From Daphnia carinata (taxonomy: Eukaryota): 64,000 nucleotides of DNA. Within the stretch, counting starts at the first letter, position 1; the number at the start of each line of letters is the position of its first letter. Shown here piece after piece: positions 1-14,334 of this stretch. The notes beneath the pieces were generated by a model. The model saw nothing but the letters and a program-made list of their open reading frames with translations. It had not been told where the DNA came from and did no database searches. A program made the translations under genes and the position numbers. Location: NCBI RefSeq assembly GCF_022539665.2, contig NC_081332.1, positions 4,588,001 through 4,652,000 on the forward strand. Reading direction: 5' to 3'.

Positions 1-1931
1 TTCCAAAAATTTTTTTTGGTTTCTTTCATTCGAAAATTACACGCTGCAATGGACATTTAGCTGTGTGATTCAGATCAAGACGTTAGGGACTAGTGATGCG
101 GTCAACGGTCACAAGTCCCGATGATAAAACTCATCGATTTTCGTTTTTCTCGTTCGACTTCGGTAGAAATTTACACGTTATCAAAACGAAGGAATTCCAA
201 TCAAAAGTGAACTCCAACTTTACTTTTTGGGAATACCAATTCTATTTTTTTTTTCTCCCTTTCGTCAGGAGAAGAAATTGATTCAAAAAAAAAAAAAAAA
301 AAAAAAAAAAAATGTGTTGGAGTAGGGGGATTTATCGATTAGGCGCCACTACCCAGTTTGGGACGACGCGCAAAAGGTGCCAATCAGCTGTTGCTGCTCT
401 CGACTCGGGAAAAAAAAAGAAGGTGGATTGACAGTTACACGTCGCACATTCGAAGAAATCGACAAAAGAGATGTTGTTCAAATAACAACAAGAAAAAAAG
501 GGGGGAGGATGCCAATCCAAAATAAAAAAAAAAAAAAGGCGCTAGCAAAATTGGCAACGCCACTTCCATTGAATAAACCAAATAACAAACCATCATCTTT
601 TGGCTCTGCTCTTTTTTGAACGTCACACACAGCACCGATATGGAAGGGCAAAGAAAATGAAACGAAAAATTAAACAATACAATGAGGAGCTCGAGGCGTC
701 GCCAAGATTGAAAACGGACCGTCTCGCTTTTTTTTTTTTTTTTTTTTTTTTTTTTGCGAGACGGTCGAGATGATTGCGATTTAATTCAGCCCCCCCCCCC
801 CCCACCCCACTTCCTCGGGTACAGAAGCGTATTTTTCCTCCCTCCCGCAACGACTGAGCAATAATGTAATATAGAAGACATTGGGAGAACTGCGAGGTAG
901 GAGCTGTGCAAGCGTCGCCGATTCATTAAAACGGTTCCAATTGGAATTGAATTGCCAAAAGCCGAGAGCGAAGAAAAGCGGCCAGCGATGAATGCCCTCC
1001 CACTCCCATTCAATGAAAGGCTGGACAATTTTCACACACACACACACACAGAGGCGAGGCGGAAGGCGAAATACGAAAATGGTAACGATACCGTCTGTGC
1101 ATATAATATCGAGCCGAGAGAAAAGACAAGTCACATGAGGGAAATAATATGAAGACATGGAATTTTCATCATCGGCTAAAAGACACACAAGATGATTGTT
1201 AATTGAAGCGGCCCGCTTTCGACGTACAGAGTTTATGAATCCGGTCCGAGAAAGCGAACGACTGGGCGCTCACAGAAAAGGATGCCGAGCTGGCCAGTCT
1301 TTAATACCCTCAAGGAATGAGTCAAGTAGGAAGCCCCCGAAAGAAAAAAAAAAAAAAGAAACGCTAAAAGGGAAAACGGGCCTTCATTTTGGATCTGTTA
1401 ATAATTATTGATATTCAAACGAGTCAAAATGTCCATCAGTCTTGCACTAACAGACCGTCACGTTCGCAATTCCAGTCAAGTTGAGATACGATGAATTATC
1501 TGTCGATTCGATGATCTCTCCCTCCAACCTCATTTTTAGATAAGTTCTCAAAACTCGATATTTGTTGTTTTTTTAAGCGTAGGCGTACGCTAAAAAAGCA
1601 CGACGCAATCCGAAAATAATAATAAAAAAGAAAGCGGCTATGTCACCTGTCGACGACTTTCTCCTACCCCCTCCCAAAAAAAAAAAAAAAAACCCTTTTC
1701 AATGCAACCGGCCGGAAGTGAAATTGATGCGGAAATGCATGTTGCTCCGCAATCTCCGTTCGAGCGCAAATCGAGCCAGGAAATCCCATCCAAGAGTATC
1801 ACGAGAAGCAAAAAGATCAACCACACACAATCGATCAGTAAGCGGGCAAAAATAACAAAATAGAAAACGGTCACGACAAGGTTACCAAATTCCCAACCAC
1901 CCCACCCCCCTTCCTTCCAAAAATAATAATA

Positions 1932-1967
<36 letters not shown>

Positions 1968-3829
1968 GTAAACCATAACAAAACAAGTCGTAGAGCGCAT
2001 AATATATATCGAAAAATCCAATCCTTCATTGGGTTGTTATAAATTTTACGTCTTCTTTCTTTTCTTACATTTGTTTGACAGCCGCCAAACAAACAAGATT
2101 TTTATGCGGGAGATGACATTGAGACAGGACAATATATTATTACATGTTGTTTTGTTATGTTTTCTACATTTTTTTTTTTTTTTTTTTTTTAAAGGGGGTT
2201 AGTTTCCTTCTTTTTTTTTTCTTCTTCCCCGATTCAAAGTTTGAAAAAACACAGATAGATGCTACATCGTTGAGTGCTTTGAATGCGTGCGGGTTCAGAT
2301 CGATCTAGGCTCTCGCAATGGCCAGCGATCGAACGAAACGTCAGAAAAACAAAAAAAATCCCAGATGACGATATGCTTTAAAAAAGAAAACAAGGACTAG
2401 CTCTAAAGACCCGCAGACGAGCCCGAGACTAGATACAACAACAAAGTACACACGAAAAAGAATAAGAACGAGAAAAAAAAAAAAGAAATATAAAGCTATT
2501 GGCTCAACGCACAGTAAACATATCTCTCCTTTTGCCTTTGCCACTAACATTTCGATATTGAGCTGATCCGATAAGGGACCACACATGGGGGATTCGATAC
2601 TTTTTTTTTTTTTTTTAAATATATATATATATATATATACATACATGTGGACTGGTATGTATATAAATATATACGCAGAGAGAAAGATAGATAGATTATA
2701 GACGACTTTTTCGAAAGGGAAAACTAAAGAAGATGGAGAGGGAAAAGAAAAAGAAGCTCTCGCTTTTTTTTTTTTTTTTTTTTTTGTTGTTGTTGATCCC
2801 CCCCCCCCCTCCATTCATAAATCATTTCCTCTTCGGGGGATTTTTGTTCTATTATTCAAATGTGTGCATACACACATACACACACAAGAGGAGACAGAGT
2901 CTCTGAGAGACTCAACATCTAATGATGAGCCCCTCTTATATTATTTCCTCTTCTTTTTCATTCACGGCACAGTCGGATGTGTATGTATGTATATATATAT
3001 TTATAAAAAAAAAAAAAAAAAAAAAAAAAGTAGATATATATACATACAGCCACGCATTCGATCCCACCACCTCTAATTGGTACGACGCTTTTCTATAGGC
3101 TTTTGTCGTTAGATCTCTTTTCTCTACACGACCGAAGAGAAGAGAAAAAGAAATAAACACAAACCTTCAATCAGATCGGTATAGTAATACGCAGTTTAAC
3201 GACAAAACATACCAAGTCTCTTCTGCCTGTGCGACAAGAGGGGGAGCCCCAACAAAAACTCAATAGCCGTCTAATGATAATTGGCCCAGTCGGATAGTAG
3301 TCGTTAGATACGAAAGGACCGATTACGCACAGCACCTTACCATTTCCTCCGGTAGAAAACGAAAAAAGGAGGAGAAAAAAACGAAAAAAAAAAACAACAA
3401 ACAAACAAGAAGCTTGACAGTACACGCTATCATTCGGATATCGACAAATTCAGTTGGAACAGCCACGCAAAACGTGGAAGAAAAAGAGAGAGACTTTGTT
3501 AATGCACAAGTCGAGATGGTGGTCGGTTAGCAATGAAGCCACCACTTTCCCCATTTACTATCTATGGCAACTGGCGTAGTGAGGGGGGCTCAACGACGAG
3601 CCTGTTCCAGTGGATGTGTGGGCGCTGTATTGATGAAACTTGGCCTTCGTCAACGGGGGAATTTTCGCCCTATGCCTTTCCAATTAGCTATTCAGAGCGC
3701 TTAATCAAGTATTCGAAACACAGAGGGAGAACGAGCTCCCCCACCCAGAAGAGCGACGGGGGGAAAACGCAGGCAAATACAAACGCAATTCTAAATGCTA
3801 TAGATCAAGGCTGTTTTAGAGTTTCCTAC

Positions 3830-3878
3830 CTGATTAGATCGATCCAGATCCTGCATTAATATTTCAATTTCGTCGAGC
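3830..3878 (-). CDS. cut: cut/CASP internal exon, 49 nt, phase 2-0: (K)LDEIEILMQDLDRSNQ
   Basis: Acceptor atatttgcag|G and donor CAG|gtagga. Near-identical to CUX1 KADEIEMIMTDLERANQ. Confidence 0.93.
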
Positions 3879-5096
3879 CTGCAAATATATTAAGAGAAAA
3901 TATTTTTTAAAAACCCGTCCATCGAGCGCATGCATAATGTAATATCATGAAGCGTAGTAGCTCAACAACACGGGGCGCATTAAATAGTTCCTCTTAGACG
4001 GCCGTCCATCTGTCATTAACAAACAATCATTAATGACTGTTTGCTCATTGCCAGCAAGCGTTCGTCTCAAGCTCAATCAAACATGCACGACGTGTACCAA
4101 CAGCTTTTAGTCGATGATTTTTTTTTTTTTTTCTTTTTTGTTAAGAACAACCCAAATGAGGACGTGGGTACAGAGGGAAAAACGGTTTTAATGCGGGAAA
4201 GATAAAGAGATAAAAAGGAAGGGGGGACGGCTTGATAATAACTTTACAGCCGGCATTGACACCGATTTGCACTAGTCCCCTGTTTTTGTGCTGTTGTTCA
4301 AAAGTTAGACGACTGTCAATTTTCCCGCATTAGTCATTCATTCCAGCTGCCGTCCGTCTTGCATTGCGACCACCCTTTTTAGCTAAAATGCGGATGCTTT
4401 TTCGGGTTGTTGCAAGACGGTCGGGCCATCCAAAATGAGAATCATAACACGTATAATGAAAAATAGAGAGAGAGCGAGAGAGGGAGAGGGTATTCATAGT
4501 TGGACGGAGCAGTAAATAACAGTAAGCAATACGTATCGGCTAGTGAAACTGTTGTGCTCGACTTACTTCGCATGGGAAATGACTTCAGCTCCGGCTTTGG
4601 CGTCGAACAGCTCCGACTGCAGTTCAGTGACAGCTGTAAAAGACATCAAAGATTCATTGAATATCGCGCATGGGATACATAAGCATTGATGATGGCCTTT
4701 TCTCTTATTTACACACACACACACACACACACATATACGAACTGGCTCTTTCGCTCTCTGTCGTGATACGCCATCAAAAATTTTTTGGTGTTTATCTCAT
4801 TCAGAAGTAGTAAATATTCCATCAGCACTTTTTTTTTCTTCATTTCATTGGGAATTAAATGTCTTTTTTCGGGAGCACTATGTTTTTTTTTTTTTTTATA
4901 TGTGTTGTCTTTACGGCCTCCTGTATTTACATCAAGTTTTTCGATGATCTACTGCAGGGGTGGGCAGTGGGGAAAGCAAGAGGATCAGAAAGGTCAGTCA
5001 CGTTGTCTGTGAACCGGACAAAATCAGAAACACAAGTTTCGATTCATCATCGATCTGTTAACGGCGTGAGATGGTGCAGTGAGTGAGTGAGTGAGT

Positions 5097-5145
<49 letters not shown>

Positions 5146-6646
5146 GAATGCAAAGTGCTTGGCTCGTGTGTGCGAACACTTCATGACGGACAAGAAACGA
5201 AAATAGAGACGGAAATGGGGCGATGACCTCGAGAGCGTGGACCGAAAAACATGATAATGTACGAGTTGTTGGGAGTCGTATATGGGCAGAGAGAGAGAGA
5301 GAGAGAGACAATTTGTATAACGGCCAGCATACATTATCATCATTCAAAGCCGCTCTATGTGTGTATGTGTGTGTGTATGTGGAAGATGGCGATATCAACT
5401 TACTGGCTTGTTGGGCGGCGAGTTTCGATTCGGCTTCGGCCAAACGGCGAGCCGTCAGTTGGTTCAAATCGACCAACTCGCGCTCCCTCTCCTCAAACTG
5501 GCTCCGTAGGCCGTCCTCGTGTTCCGCCAGTCGTGCCTGAAATCGTAAAAAAAAAGAAAAAGAAAAAGAGGAAAGAAAATTAAATTGGGAAGGCACTACA
5601 ATCAATGCTCCACAACAACAAAACAATGCTCGAAACTTAATAGGCTGGCATCTGTTACATATGCACCAAAAGTCTCTCACAGAACGAAACCAAAAGAAAT
5701 AAACTTTTGAGGTGGGGTATTTTAATCTTCTTCGAAAAAGAAATGACCATCTACTTAATTAGCTCAGGGAGAGAGAGAGAGAGAGAACGGTCTGGTGAAG
5801 ATTGTGTGTTTAGTGCTCGTTGAACTGGGCAACACATGTGGACACACAAAACACCCACAGCGTGGTGTGGCCTCTCTTGCTGGTGCACATTTAGCCCAGC
5901 AGCAGATATATATTAGATGTATATAGTAATATATATACAAGGCGGGCATGGTGGCGGCGAGCTTCTCCCAAAAAGAACGAGTTTGATGCCTCTGCTCCCA
6001 TTGTGGATTTCACAGCTGCCAATTACGAGCATCGTCCACCGAATTTTCATATGTACGCATTTTTTTTTGTGTTTTTTATGGCGGCGTACGAGCGAGTCTA
6101 TCAAAAACGCATCCACACACGAGGTCCCACCAGCCGACCGGCTGCCAACCTAAAGATTCTTATCAGCGTTCATGTTTCTTGTAAAAGCAATAAACCAAAA
6201 AGAATGCCGAATTTCCTCATTCTTTTACCCATTCGAAAGAGAAACGCTTCCAGTCCTTGCATGGCGAGAGAGGGCGACGAACACACGAGACGAACTGTGA
6301 GAAAAACGTGGTCTTTGCCTTTTTGGATAGGATCAAGAGCAGACGCCTCTTGTCGTCAGGCCATTGTCACGCCGATAAGTGGTGCACCCAACACTTGACT
6401 TTTGACCTGGAATCGAATTTGATGGCGCCACTTGCACATTCTGCGGTGGATAGTTATTATTAGGAAAGCACACGTGAACAAATTGGCGGTCATTATTGAT
6501 TTGATTTCCTCCCTTTCCCTTTTTTCCCTTTCCCCTTCTTCTATTCTTTGCCTTTTCACGCCGAAATGTCCGTCATTTCGTGGCCGGACCGGATGACGCG
6601 TATCAACCGATCTCGTTATTTTCCAGTTTACAATATTATAATAAGA

Positions 6647-6682
<36 letters not shown>

Positions 6683-7268
6683 CGGTGCAATAAATGGTTA
6701 GTGGTATAGCGCAAAAGCTGAACGCCGTGCCCGGATACCGGTAACATTTCACGAGCCATTTAGTTCCCACAATATTCCCCCGACTTCTTTTACTCGATCG
6801 ACATTCTTCCTTTCGGTTTCTTTTCATTCTCTTCATTTTTGCGGCTTTATATATTTTCCTTTTCCCCGTGTGTGCGTGTTTGTGATCCGATATACCGCTC
6901 GCTACACAACCGTTCACAATGTCGGTCGGGTAGTTTAGTTATAGATTTCAACAACAAGAAAATCTATAAGGATTTTCTTGACCGGACACGCGTGACAGAT
7001 GTTTGTTATATCATCCCACGAGACACACTTATACAGCATCTTTAATTGGTTTTTTTTTTTTTTTTTTTTTACTTTAAGATACAAGAGGAAAAGAGCAAAA
7101 AAAGAAAAAAAAAGAAAAAGATTTCCATCATAAGAGAACAATGACAAGGTCCAAGATTTTCTTTTACATTCCCCTTGGCAAAAAGAGTAAAAGGAAATTT
7201 GAATCATTTTCTTATTCATAGCTGCAGTTACTCAATGCGTCACGGATGCGATTGATTCAAACCGAGCC

Positions 7269-7299
<31 letters not shown>

Positions 7300-7888
7300 G
7301 TACCTTTACGTTTGGCCTTATATTAAAAGTAGCAGTAAATCTATACGCATAGACTCCAGCTATACGACTAGCAAGTACACACCCATATTGTAGATATACT
7401 CCATATATCAGTAACGATGATGCGATGGAAGGGGGGTTCTATATAGATGGGAGGGGTAGGTAAAGGATGTGTAACACGCACGCATCAAATATATACAAGA
7501 TGGGTGGGGGATTGATGAATAAGAACGACTAAGGGCAAAAAAAAAAAAAAAAAAAAAATGAGCTTTGCTTTCCAACCCAAATCGATATGACCGATGGCTA
7601 AAAACGAAGGGGCACCATGGCACATATGCCGAAACGCTGCGTGTTAAAAACGGAAGGTGGGATGAAAAGATATATATATAATATGGGACATCACACACAC
7701 ATACACACACAGAGAGAGAGAGAGGGGGTTACGAGACATTTTCAATGGGTGGTAATTGCCTTTACAGTCGAAAAGGTAGAAGAGAGGAGAAGGTTGACAC
7801 ACGCTGGCACAGCAGCGTCGCTTCGGACGTTCCGGGGCGATATTAGACGGTTACAAAGCAGCGTTGGAATTAATTAGTTTTCACACAG

Positions 7889-7919
<31 letters not shown>

Positions 7920-9501
7920 GAGAGAGGCCTCCTGCAGGGATCGCTGATATATAACGATAAAGATTGACGACGAAACCTTAGCGCGCACAGTGGCGTCATA
8001 TCGCGGCCCGATGAATGCGCGTGTGTCTTTTGTAGTCGTCCCGCAGTACAAGCTCCAAAAAAAGAAAGGAGGGAAAATGGGAAAAAAAAAAAAACACAGT
8101 GTACGTTATGGACGGGCGTGTGATGAACGTAATTAGGAAATCTAGCGGGACACGCGCAAAACTATTACACTACGGTCAAATAATAAAAAGAGAAAAAAAA
8201 AAAAAAGAGCCTAATCGAGATAGTGCTGGAAACTAGACGGCAGGGGCCGAATGAGGTGACTCAGACAATCCGGATACACGAAATCAGCCACGTTACATTT
8301 TTTTTTTTTTTTTTTTTTTTTTAGGTGGCCGTGTGATGTTGGGAAAAGGTGCGAAACATCTGGACTAGATGCGAATGCGGCCCCATAAAAAGGGTGGAGT
8401 CTTTCGTCAAACGAGCCACAGAAAAACAAAAAAAAAAAAAACTAAAGGAAGGAAAAAAAAAAAAAAAGCAAAAATAGATCGGCATTTGTTCTTGTTGGTT
8501 TAATGCCGAGCGTGTGATCCAAGTCGACTGGAACACTCGTCGGTGATGTAATGAAAAGACGCAAGACATTTAAGAATCCCGTCGTCCATTTCAATTTTAT
8601 GCTGCGATAGATGCATACGGGCGATTATATTTCCTGATTCACATCCATAAATTGTGAACGTACATCCGAAACGGGAGCGCTGCTCCAACTGTCTGAATCA
8701 TCGGTTGCGTGACAGGATCCAATCCGATCGTTGGCGCCGCTGCGACCACCCGCCATCGATGAAATTGCCATCCGATAAACTATACTACCACATACGATGA
8801 GTCTTTTTTTTTTTTTTTCCTATCTAGACGCATCCATTTTTTCCCCCTCCCTTCTTCCGGTTCCTTTTTTTTTCCCTCTCAATTGCATCCTATCATGCTA
8901 TTTTATACCAAAAAAAAAAAAAAGAGATTTCCCTTAGTTTTCTTCTGGACTTTAAAAAAGTAAACAAAAAATCTTCGTTAACCTCTAACCTTTTCGTTTA
9001 TAAATAAAAAAAAAAAATAATATTTACTAGGGACTATTTAATGGTCGGTGGCAATCGCTGTACAAGACCCTTTTTTTCCCCTATTCTTTCCTTTCGATTA
9101 TCGGCAATGTTTTCCACCTGAAATTCGTGTCCAAAAAAAAATAAAAACGAATAATGGAAGAAAAGAGGAGGAGATGTGGAATAATAACGAGCGTGTCTAT
9201 ACAGTCTCAGATCGGCTGATGGATGTGGTCCGTCCTCTCTTAGACGATGTTGCGTGTACGTTTTGTTGGACAGCCGAGTGTTCGACCCAATTTTTTTGTT
9301 TTTTGTTTTGTGTTTTTCTATATACGCTTGCCTATATTACCGATCGCCAGCTGATCCCGGCGTTTCACCTTCCGCCGCAAAAATATATAAATATACTGAA
9401 CAGAGTTCCCTTTAGTTTTTTTTTGTACTATATGTAGAGCAGCAGGAGCTAACACAAGTTTCGGGTACCTTCAAGAAAACGTTGATGGATCGACACGTAC
9501 G

Positions 9502-9535
<34 letters not shown>

Positions 9536-11064
9536 GCAATGGAGAAGAGGGGAGGAGCAGACAGACGGATGGATTCAAATAAAAAGGAGCAGGAAACTTA
9601 GTCCTGTGAGGTGGGGGTCGATAATAGCCAAGGGGAATGACCAATTATCGATCGATTGTCTTGACTGCCTTTTCGCGCAAGAAACTTAAACTTTTTTTTT
9701 TTTCTACGTCCGAGCCAATCATCAAAAGTTATCACGAACATTTTGTTTTGTTTTTAAAGAAAATGGAAATTCTCGTCTGTCCAATGACCGTATGTTGCAC
9801 CGTGTATCCATTTATTTCGTTTTTCCATCGTTAAAATGAGTAGCGAAAACCGCAAGAAAGCCTCACATCACCACCTTGTCTGTCTTATCATCGCTGTCCC
9901 CCCCCCCCCCTTTTTCTTTTTCTTGTCTATTTTGTTAAGTTTTACGAGTTTCCATCATTTTTTTTTTTTTTTTTGTTCCGTGAGAGTATGTGTTGTTGTT
10001 TTTTTTTTTAGCGGTTTGGTTCAATCTATTAATTGGGGCGAGGGTGTGTGCATACCAGAAAGAAAGAACGTTTGAGGTCCCTGTCATCTAAATAATGTCT
10101 TGTACACACACTAGCTGGATTACACGTTACAGACCGCACACACATACACACACGTATACAAATACACCCGCTTATTACGTGTATATTTCTTGGATAGAAC
10201 GGTCCATCAGCGACCAGCGTGTGTGTATATGGCTTGAACGAGAGAAACACGGACGACTCACGCAATGCTGTGCGTACAGCACAAATACAATAAGGGGGGC
10301 CAGGCAATACAGGGAAAGGTAATGATCCGCGTACAATATCCGCTTTACCCTGTGGCTCTTTATTTATTTTTATTTTTTTTTTTAGGTTCTCCTTCACGTC
10401 TTGCTGTATTTCCGCTGATGCATGTGTGTGTATACGCCATTGATCGTTACATATATGTACACACTTTAGTCGACGCCATCAAACAAAGACGCCAGATGTT
10501 TTTCATTGCAACATTCTTTTTTTTTCTAGTGTTTGTGTCGTTGTTTTTGATGAAACAAAAAAACTAAAAAAAAAAAAAAAAAAACGGGAAAGATTGAGCA
10601 TTTCCGATGCTCGTTTGCGGATACAAACAATCATCGCTTCACCTGTATTTTTATATGGAGAGAGAGAGAGAGAGAGAGATAGAGTAACATAATATACAAG
10701 CCAGTGCCGAGCCATCAACACACAACGGTGAGAGGATGACGTGCTGTATAGCGTGAGCCCAATAACAGGCTCTATATTTCTTTTCGTTTTTTTTTTTTTT
10801 TTCGAAAAAAAAAACAAAAAAAAACGAGACTTTTCCTTTAAATTTCCCACGTTTCGCTGCTGTTGCTCTTGCACGATATGTGCGCGTTGCTGGGTCTCTC
10901 TCGTTTTTTTTTGGCTAAGCTCAATCTAGAACTCATCCATCAACCGTAGTGCTGCCCTTTATTTTACCAGTTCAAAAGGAAACAAAAAAAAATGAAACAA
11001 AAGTTCCAGGCCTTTCTTCTTTTTTCTTTCCTTTAGCACGGTCTAGTGTTTATAGATTACTTAC

Positions 11065-11095
<31 letters not shown>

Positions 11096-13402
11096 CGCCC
11101 TCAACCGAGGAATCGACGACAACCAGAAAAGTTCATCATAATTTTTTTTTTTTTTCAAGTTTTTTTTTTCTGTTTCGGTTGACTGCTGGTAGCCCCCGCG
11201 GTGATTGTTATGATTGTTTCCAGCAACCACCAGAAAAATGACGACACACACAAAACGGACTGGGCTTATAACACATGGGGGGCTATATTACACAGACATG
11301 CAGCGTGCGTTTGCCTCTCTCTCTCTTTCTCTCTTTCTCTCTTTCTCTCTTTCTCTCTCTTTCTCTCTCTTTCTCTGTCTGCCAAAAAGGAGGTGGAGGA
11401 GAGCTCATCAACAACCTCGAAAAACTTGCGCCCCGCTCTAGCCAAACAGTTCATTTAGATCGTTAGCTTAATGCGAACACCATCCATCATCCTCGTAGAA
11501 CTCCATATTCTTTTTTCTCTTGTGTGTGTACATACAGAGAGGCAAAACTTGATACGAGTTAGCTGTGCGAGAAAACTACGACGTGGGATGGCCACACCAA
11601 AAAAAGAGCAACATCGAAGTGTTCAACTTCGGCCAACGTCCCACGTTTCCCCTTTCTTTCAAAAAAAAAAAAAAAAAAAAAATGATAAAAATAAAAATTT
11701 AAAATGAAGAAAAAAGAAAAAGAAAGAGGCTTTTATATGCGACCGTGTGTTTCACCTGACCTCTCGGGGTCTAATCAAAAATATGACTGAAGGTATTGTG
11801 TACGAACAGAGAGAATGATGTAAGAGAGTGGACGGTTGTTTCGCTGGGAGAAACAAGAAGAGAGAGAAAATGCTTCTTACTAGAGATTTATAGGGCTCTT
11901 TTCGTTGCTACTCGGGTTTTTCTTCATTTTTTTTTTTTTTTTTTTTTTGCCCTTCTGTCTACGACGTATGTAAATACATCCTAGTGGTAGACGCGCACAC
12001 AGACAATTTCGTGAGCACGACAGGAAGTCTTCATTGAACATCTGAGCCGAGTTCAAAGGCCAATTCAACGTTGAATCATTCTTTCTTTTTTTTTCTTCAA
12101 ATTTTCTTTTGCCTACTTGTCTTTCAAAACTCTGTTGTTTCGTGTGTTTTTCTTTTTCCAGCGCACAGGTGAAACCCTCGATGACTACAAAAGTCAAATA
12201 GAAAGTTCGATAAACGAACCATCTGTGGGTTGTTGTATATATAGAAAAAAGAGAGGGAGAAAAAAAAAAAAAAAAACAGAAGTCAAATGCCGCAAAACGA
12301 TGGCGGCGTTGTTGCGTATTAAGCCGTCTTCCTGTTTTCATTTTTTTTTTTTTTTTTTTTTTTTCTCTCTGTGACCGCAAAACGCAGACGAAAAAGAATA
12401 ATAATCAAACACCTCATACATGTATATACGCATTTTCGTTTGTCTAACAAGCGCACACAGCAGCGGCTGAGGGCGTGATCGGGACGCGTTAAACTTTATC
12501 ATCTTTTTTTTTTTTTTTTTTTTTTTTAACTTTCCACCAGTTTACGATGTACGTTTTTAACCAGCGAGTGTCTATTACAAGTGAACACGTCAAGCCATCT
12601 AGTTTACATCGCGTCTCGTCAAGTCGGCTGGACATTCGGTCATCGAGCCCTGACAAAAGAGACATCGGCAGCTGGACGAACGCGGCTGTCGTCTTTCCGT
12701 CACCGCCTCGTTAATGTCCCGTCCTTAATTTCCCCCTTTTTCTTTTCTTTTTTTTTTTTTTTTTTTTTACAGGGTAGGGTGAATAGGAAAACAAGCGAGT
12801 GTTAAGAAAAAGAAAGCACAAGATGTCAGTGTCTATTCGGTTCGACTTGCGGTTGAGCTGCGTTCACTTGTTTCGCCGGGGAAAGCATTCCCTTTCATTA
12901 GTTCACACGTTTCACAGTTGTGCAAGTCCGACAAGCGCATCAAGTTCAAACGAAACAAGATTCGTTTTCCGAGTAATTCGAAGAAAAAAACAAAACAAAA
13001 CATAATAGGCGATGACCTCAAAGAGGGGAAAACGGGAGCGAGAGAAAAAAAAAAAAAAAAAAAAGCGGAATAGATTTATGGGGGCGCGGGAAAACATTTG
13101 AAACGTCATCGAGATTAGACGAGTAGATCAAGAGCTGAAATGTCGGATTTCCTTGATCAAGCGACGGCGGCAAATTTACGTAGTAACACGCGTACTTTTT
13201 TTTTTTTACAACAACAACAAAAAAAAAAAAGGAGTTAACTGGAACCTTTGACGTCTGGTTCCTTTTTTTTTTTCTGTCACAAAAGACCGACTTTTGATTC
13301 TTCTTCGCTATCAATACAAGGAAGGCGAGCGATAAAAAATCAAATAGTGTGAGAGAAAAATGCCGAGCGGCAAGGTTGTTTACAGGTATACCAATGCATC
13401 AT

Positions 13403-13437
<35 letters not shown>

Positions 13438-14127
13438 GATGGTTAACACACACACACACATACACACGAAAAAAAAAAAAAAACTGGTTTGATTCGTTTG
13501 TTTGCCCCTTCCGGGGGCTGCCGAGCGAACGCAAAAGGTACTCCAAAAACAAAACAAAAAAGTAGATGGAATGGGGATATCAAGCAATCAAGCAAAGATA
13601 ACAAGCAGTAGTAGTAGTTAGACAAAAGCAAGAAGGAGAAGAAGAAGAAGGAGAAGGAGAAGACAATCAAATGCGAATTACAACATCTCTACACGTATGT
13701 TGTGTGTAGAGGTATTTTTTTTTTTTTTCTGGTATAAAGACAAGAACAACTTCTTACCTGAACTATTAGTTCCAGGGATTCTTCAGCTTGGCGGACCTTT
13801 TCCTTCAGCTGCTTGATTGTCACTTCTATGAAAAAGATAACACACAAACAAAAGAGAGAAAAAAAAATATTAATGAATTAGTTGAGAGAAAAAGAATAAC
13901 ACAAATAAAACGGGTCTTGTGCTCAAGTAAATTGGATCATCACTTCAACGGTTCTAGTCATCGATCTGCTCGTTTGATATAACTCGTCCACACACAATCC
14001 ATTCCCTCCCCCCCCCCTCCTTTGAAACGAAAAAAAAAAAAAAAAAAAAAAAAAATTCCCGGGCGATTAATTCTTGCGCCAAACGAAAAAACAAAAACGT
14101 GAACGGCATTTTTTTGTTTGTTCATTC

Positions 14128-14158
<31 letters not shown>

Positions 14159-14283
14159 AAATCAATTCGGGAAGGTGCACCTGGCAAACCTCGCCGTGTT
14201 GTTATGTAAACGACTCAGTTTAGTCGGCGTTATTCATTTCAAACAAGAGACATCAACCAAAACTGGCATTTGATCTTTCTTCT

Positions 14284-14334
<51 letters not shown>

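Larger units (their letters stand above)
5537..13757 (-). other. GT-AG intron (8,221 nt) of the cut/CASP gene
   Basis: Phase-0 junction CAG|gtaaga ... ttcag|GCA between the 68-nt and 133-nt exons. Confidence 0.85.

Noticed and set aside
340..420. Minus-strand RAATADW... as the next cut exon (RA..AE.E)
   Set aside because: There is no suitable acceptor in phase 0, and similarity ends after a few residues.
940..1000. Minus-strand ...FALGFWQF... as the insect Cut leader LAQFWQQ
   Set aside because: Only FWQ matches. There is no DW.FKKE motif and no donor after it.
4501..4522. Partial similarity to miR-184 (TGGACGGAG)
   Set aside because: Only the first 9 nt match and there is no precursor hairpin.
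5024..5680. 218-aa ORF as a complete gene
   Set aside because: Only 5404-5536 is exon. The flanks are the intronic pyrimidine tract and (CT)n repeats.
6690..6765. tRNA-like GGTTAGTGGTATAGC segment
   Set aside because: There is no B-box (GTTCRA) and no cloverleaf can be folded.
13685..13713. Imperfect hairpin just downstream of the 68-nt exon donor
   Set aside because: It depends on G-U pairs that exist only on the non-transcribed (+) strand.
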